DNA of 63,541 nt, counting the filler, from Octopus bimaculoides (lineage: Eukaryota): the NCBI RefSeq assembly GCF_001194135.2. It is 7 parts of 6 records of this genome, joined end to end, with 100 filler letters (N's around TTAATTAATTAA, not from the genome) between each part and the next. Parts side by side here need not be neighbours in the genome. Positions count along the whole stretch, not along the records: positions 59,320 to 63,541 come from NC_068988.1; 6 more parts are not named here. One strand, given 5' to 3'. The notes beneath the pieces are model-generated. The model worked only from the letters and a program-made list of their open reading frames with translations, did not search any database and was not told the origin of the DNA. The position numbers and the translations under genes are program-made. Below, in pieces: positions 63,101 through 63,541 of the stretch. Numbering within the stretch: position 1 is the stretch's first letter; each line of letters starts with the position of its first letter.

Positions 63101-63541
63101 TCAATCGCCAATAGGGACTTATTGAGTTTCCAGTAGCCAGATCCCTGTCTATACATCTTATCTACTGTCAGCTCGGTTGTGACCATCTTGTAGTCACTGT
63201 AACTGACTGAGTAAAACTGTGGACACTTAACTATATCTTTATCTACTTTTCTTATCAATATCCTATCTAAATATGACCTGGAAGACCCATCGCTACTTGA
63301 CCACGTCCACAGTGGAGCGTTTGGGTGTTCCAGCCTATACGATCTACCAGCTGAAAGTGGCTGAGCAGATCCCGAAAGCCAGGATTCGCTGTTCTCTCTG
63401 TCCACGAGCCGACACAATCAACACGCGCATTGTCAATTGTGTTGAAGTCACCTAACACGACTAAAGAATGCGTCGTAGAAAGGGATTTCCCGAGGTCACG
63501 GAAATATTGCCTCTGTAAACCAGTTGAAATGGGTGCATAAA
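60189..63541 (-). mobile_element. L1/Tx1-clade LINE, ORF2 remnant (APE C-half, RT, zf-RVT) and 3' UTR; runs off the window
   Basis: LGDFN..YLDRILI..SYSDY (APE); KSPGLDSLPYE..NFRPITLLNTEVKILAKVLAKRL; LDQSKAFDRV; VRQGCPLSPLLY; YADD; CPRC..ETVLHAVVQC; AATAAA at 60193-60198; several frameshifts and gaps. Confidence 0.97.

Overview
Eukaryotic, AT-rich, gap-ridden draft-assembly window dominated by microsatellites and transposon debris. The repeat landscape looks like a coleoid cephalopod (Octopus-like); this is inference, not a database result. No intact protein-coding gene can be named, and there are no rRNA or CRISPR features. Recognisable elements: a 5'-truncated Penelope-like retroelement (RT YVDD + GIY-YIG), L1/Tx1 LINE remnants (one about 3.4 kb), several R4/Dong-type RLE LINE fragments next to triplet microsatellites, three tRNA-headed SINE families, an RTE-type tail, a hAT element with an exact 8-bp TSD, a pogo/Tigger remnant with an internal inversion, and a 9-bp-TSD MITE carrying telomeric repeats. 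The most notable signal is a set of at least six type I hammerhead-ribozyme motifs from different families, all with palindromic (dimer-type) stem III. One lies behind a tRNA-like Pol III cassette at the end of the Penelope element, two face outward from a 600-bp palindrome, and one sits just downstream of the Tx1 poly(A) signal. Weak evidence suggests plus-strand host-gene exons at about 23-30 kb and 44-57 kb. All structures and identities were read by eye.
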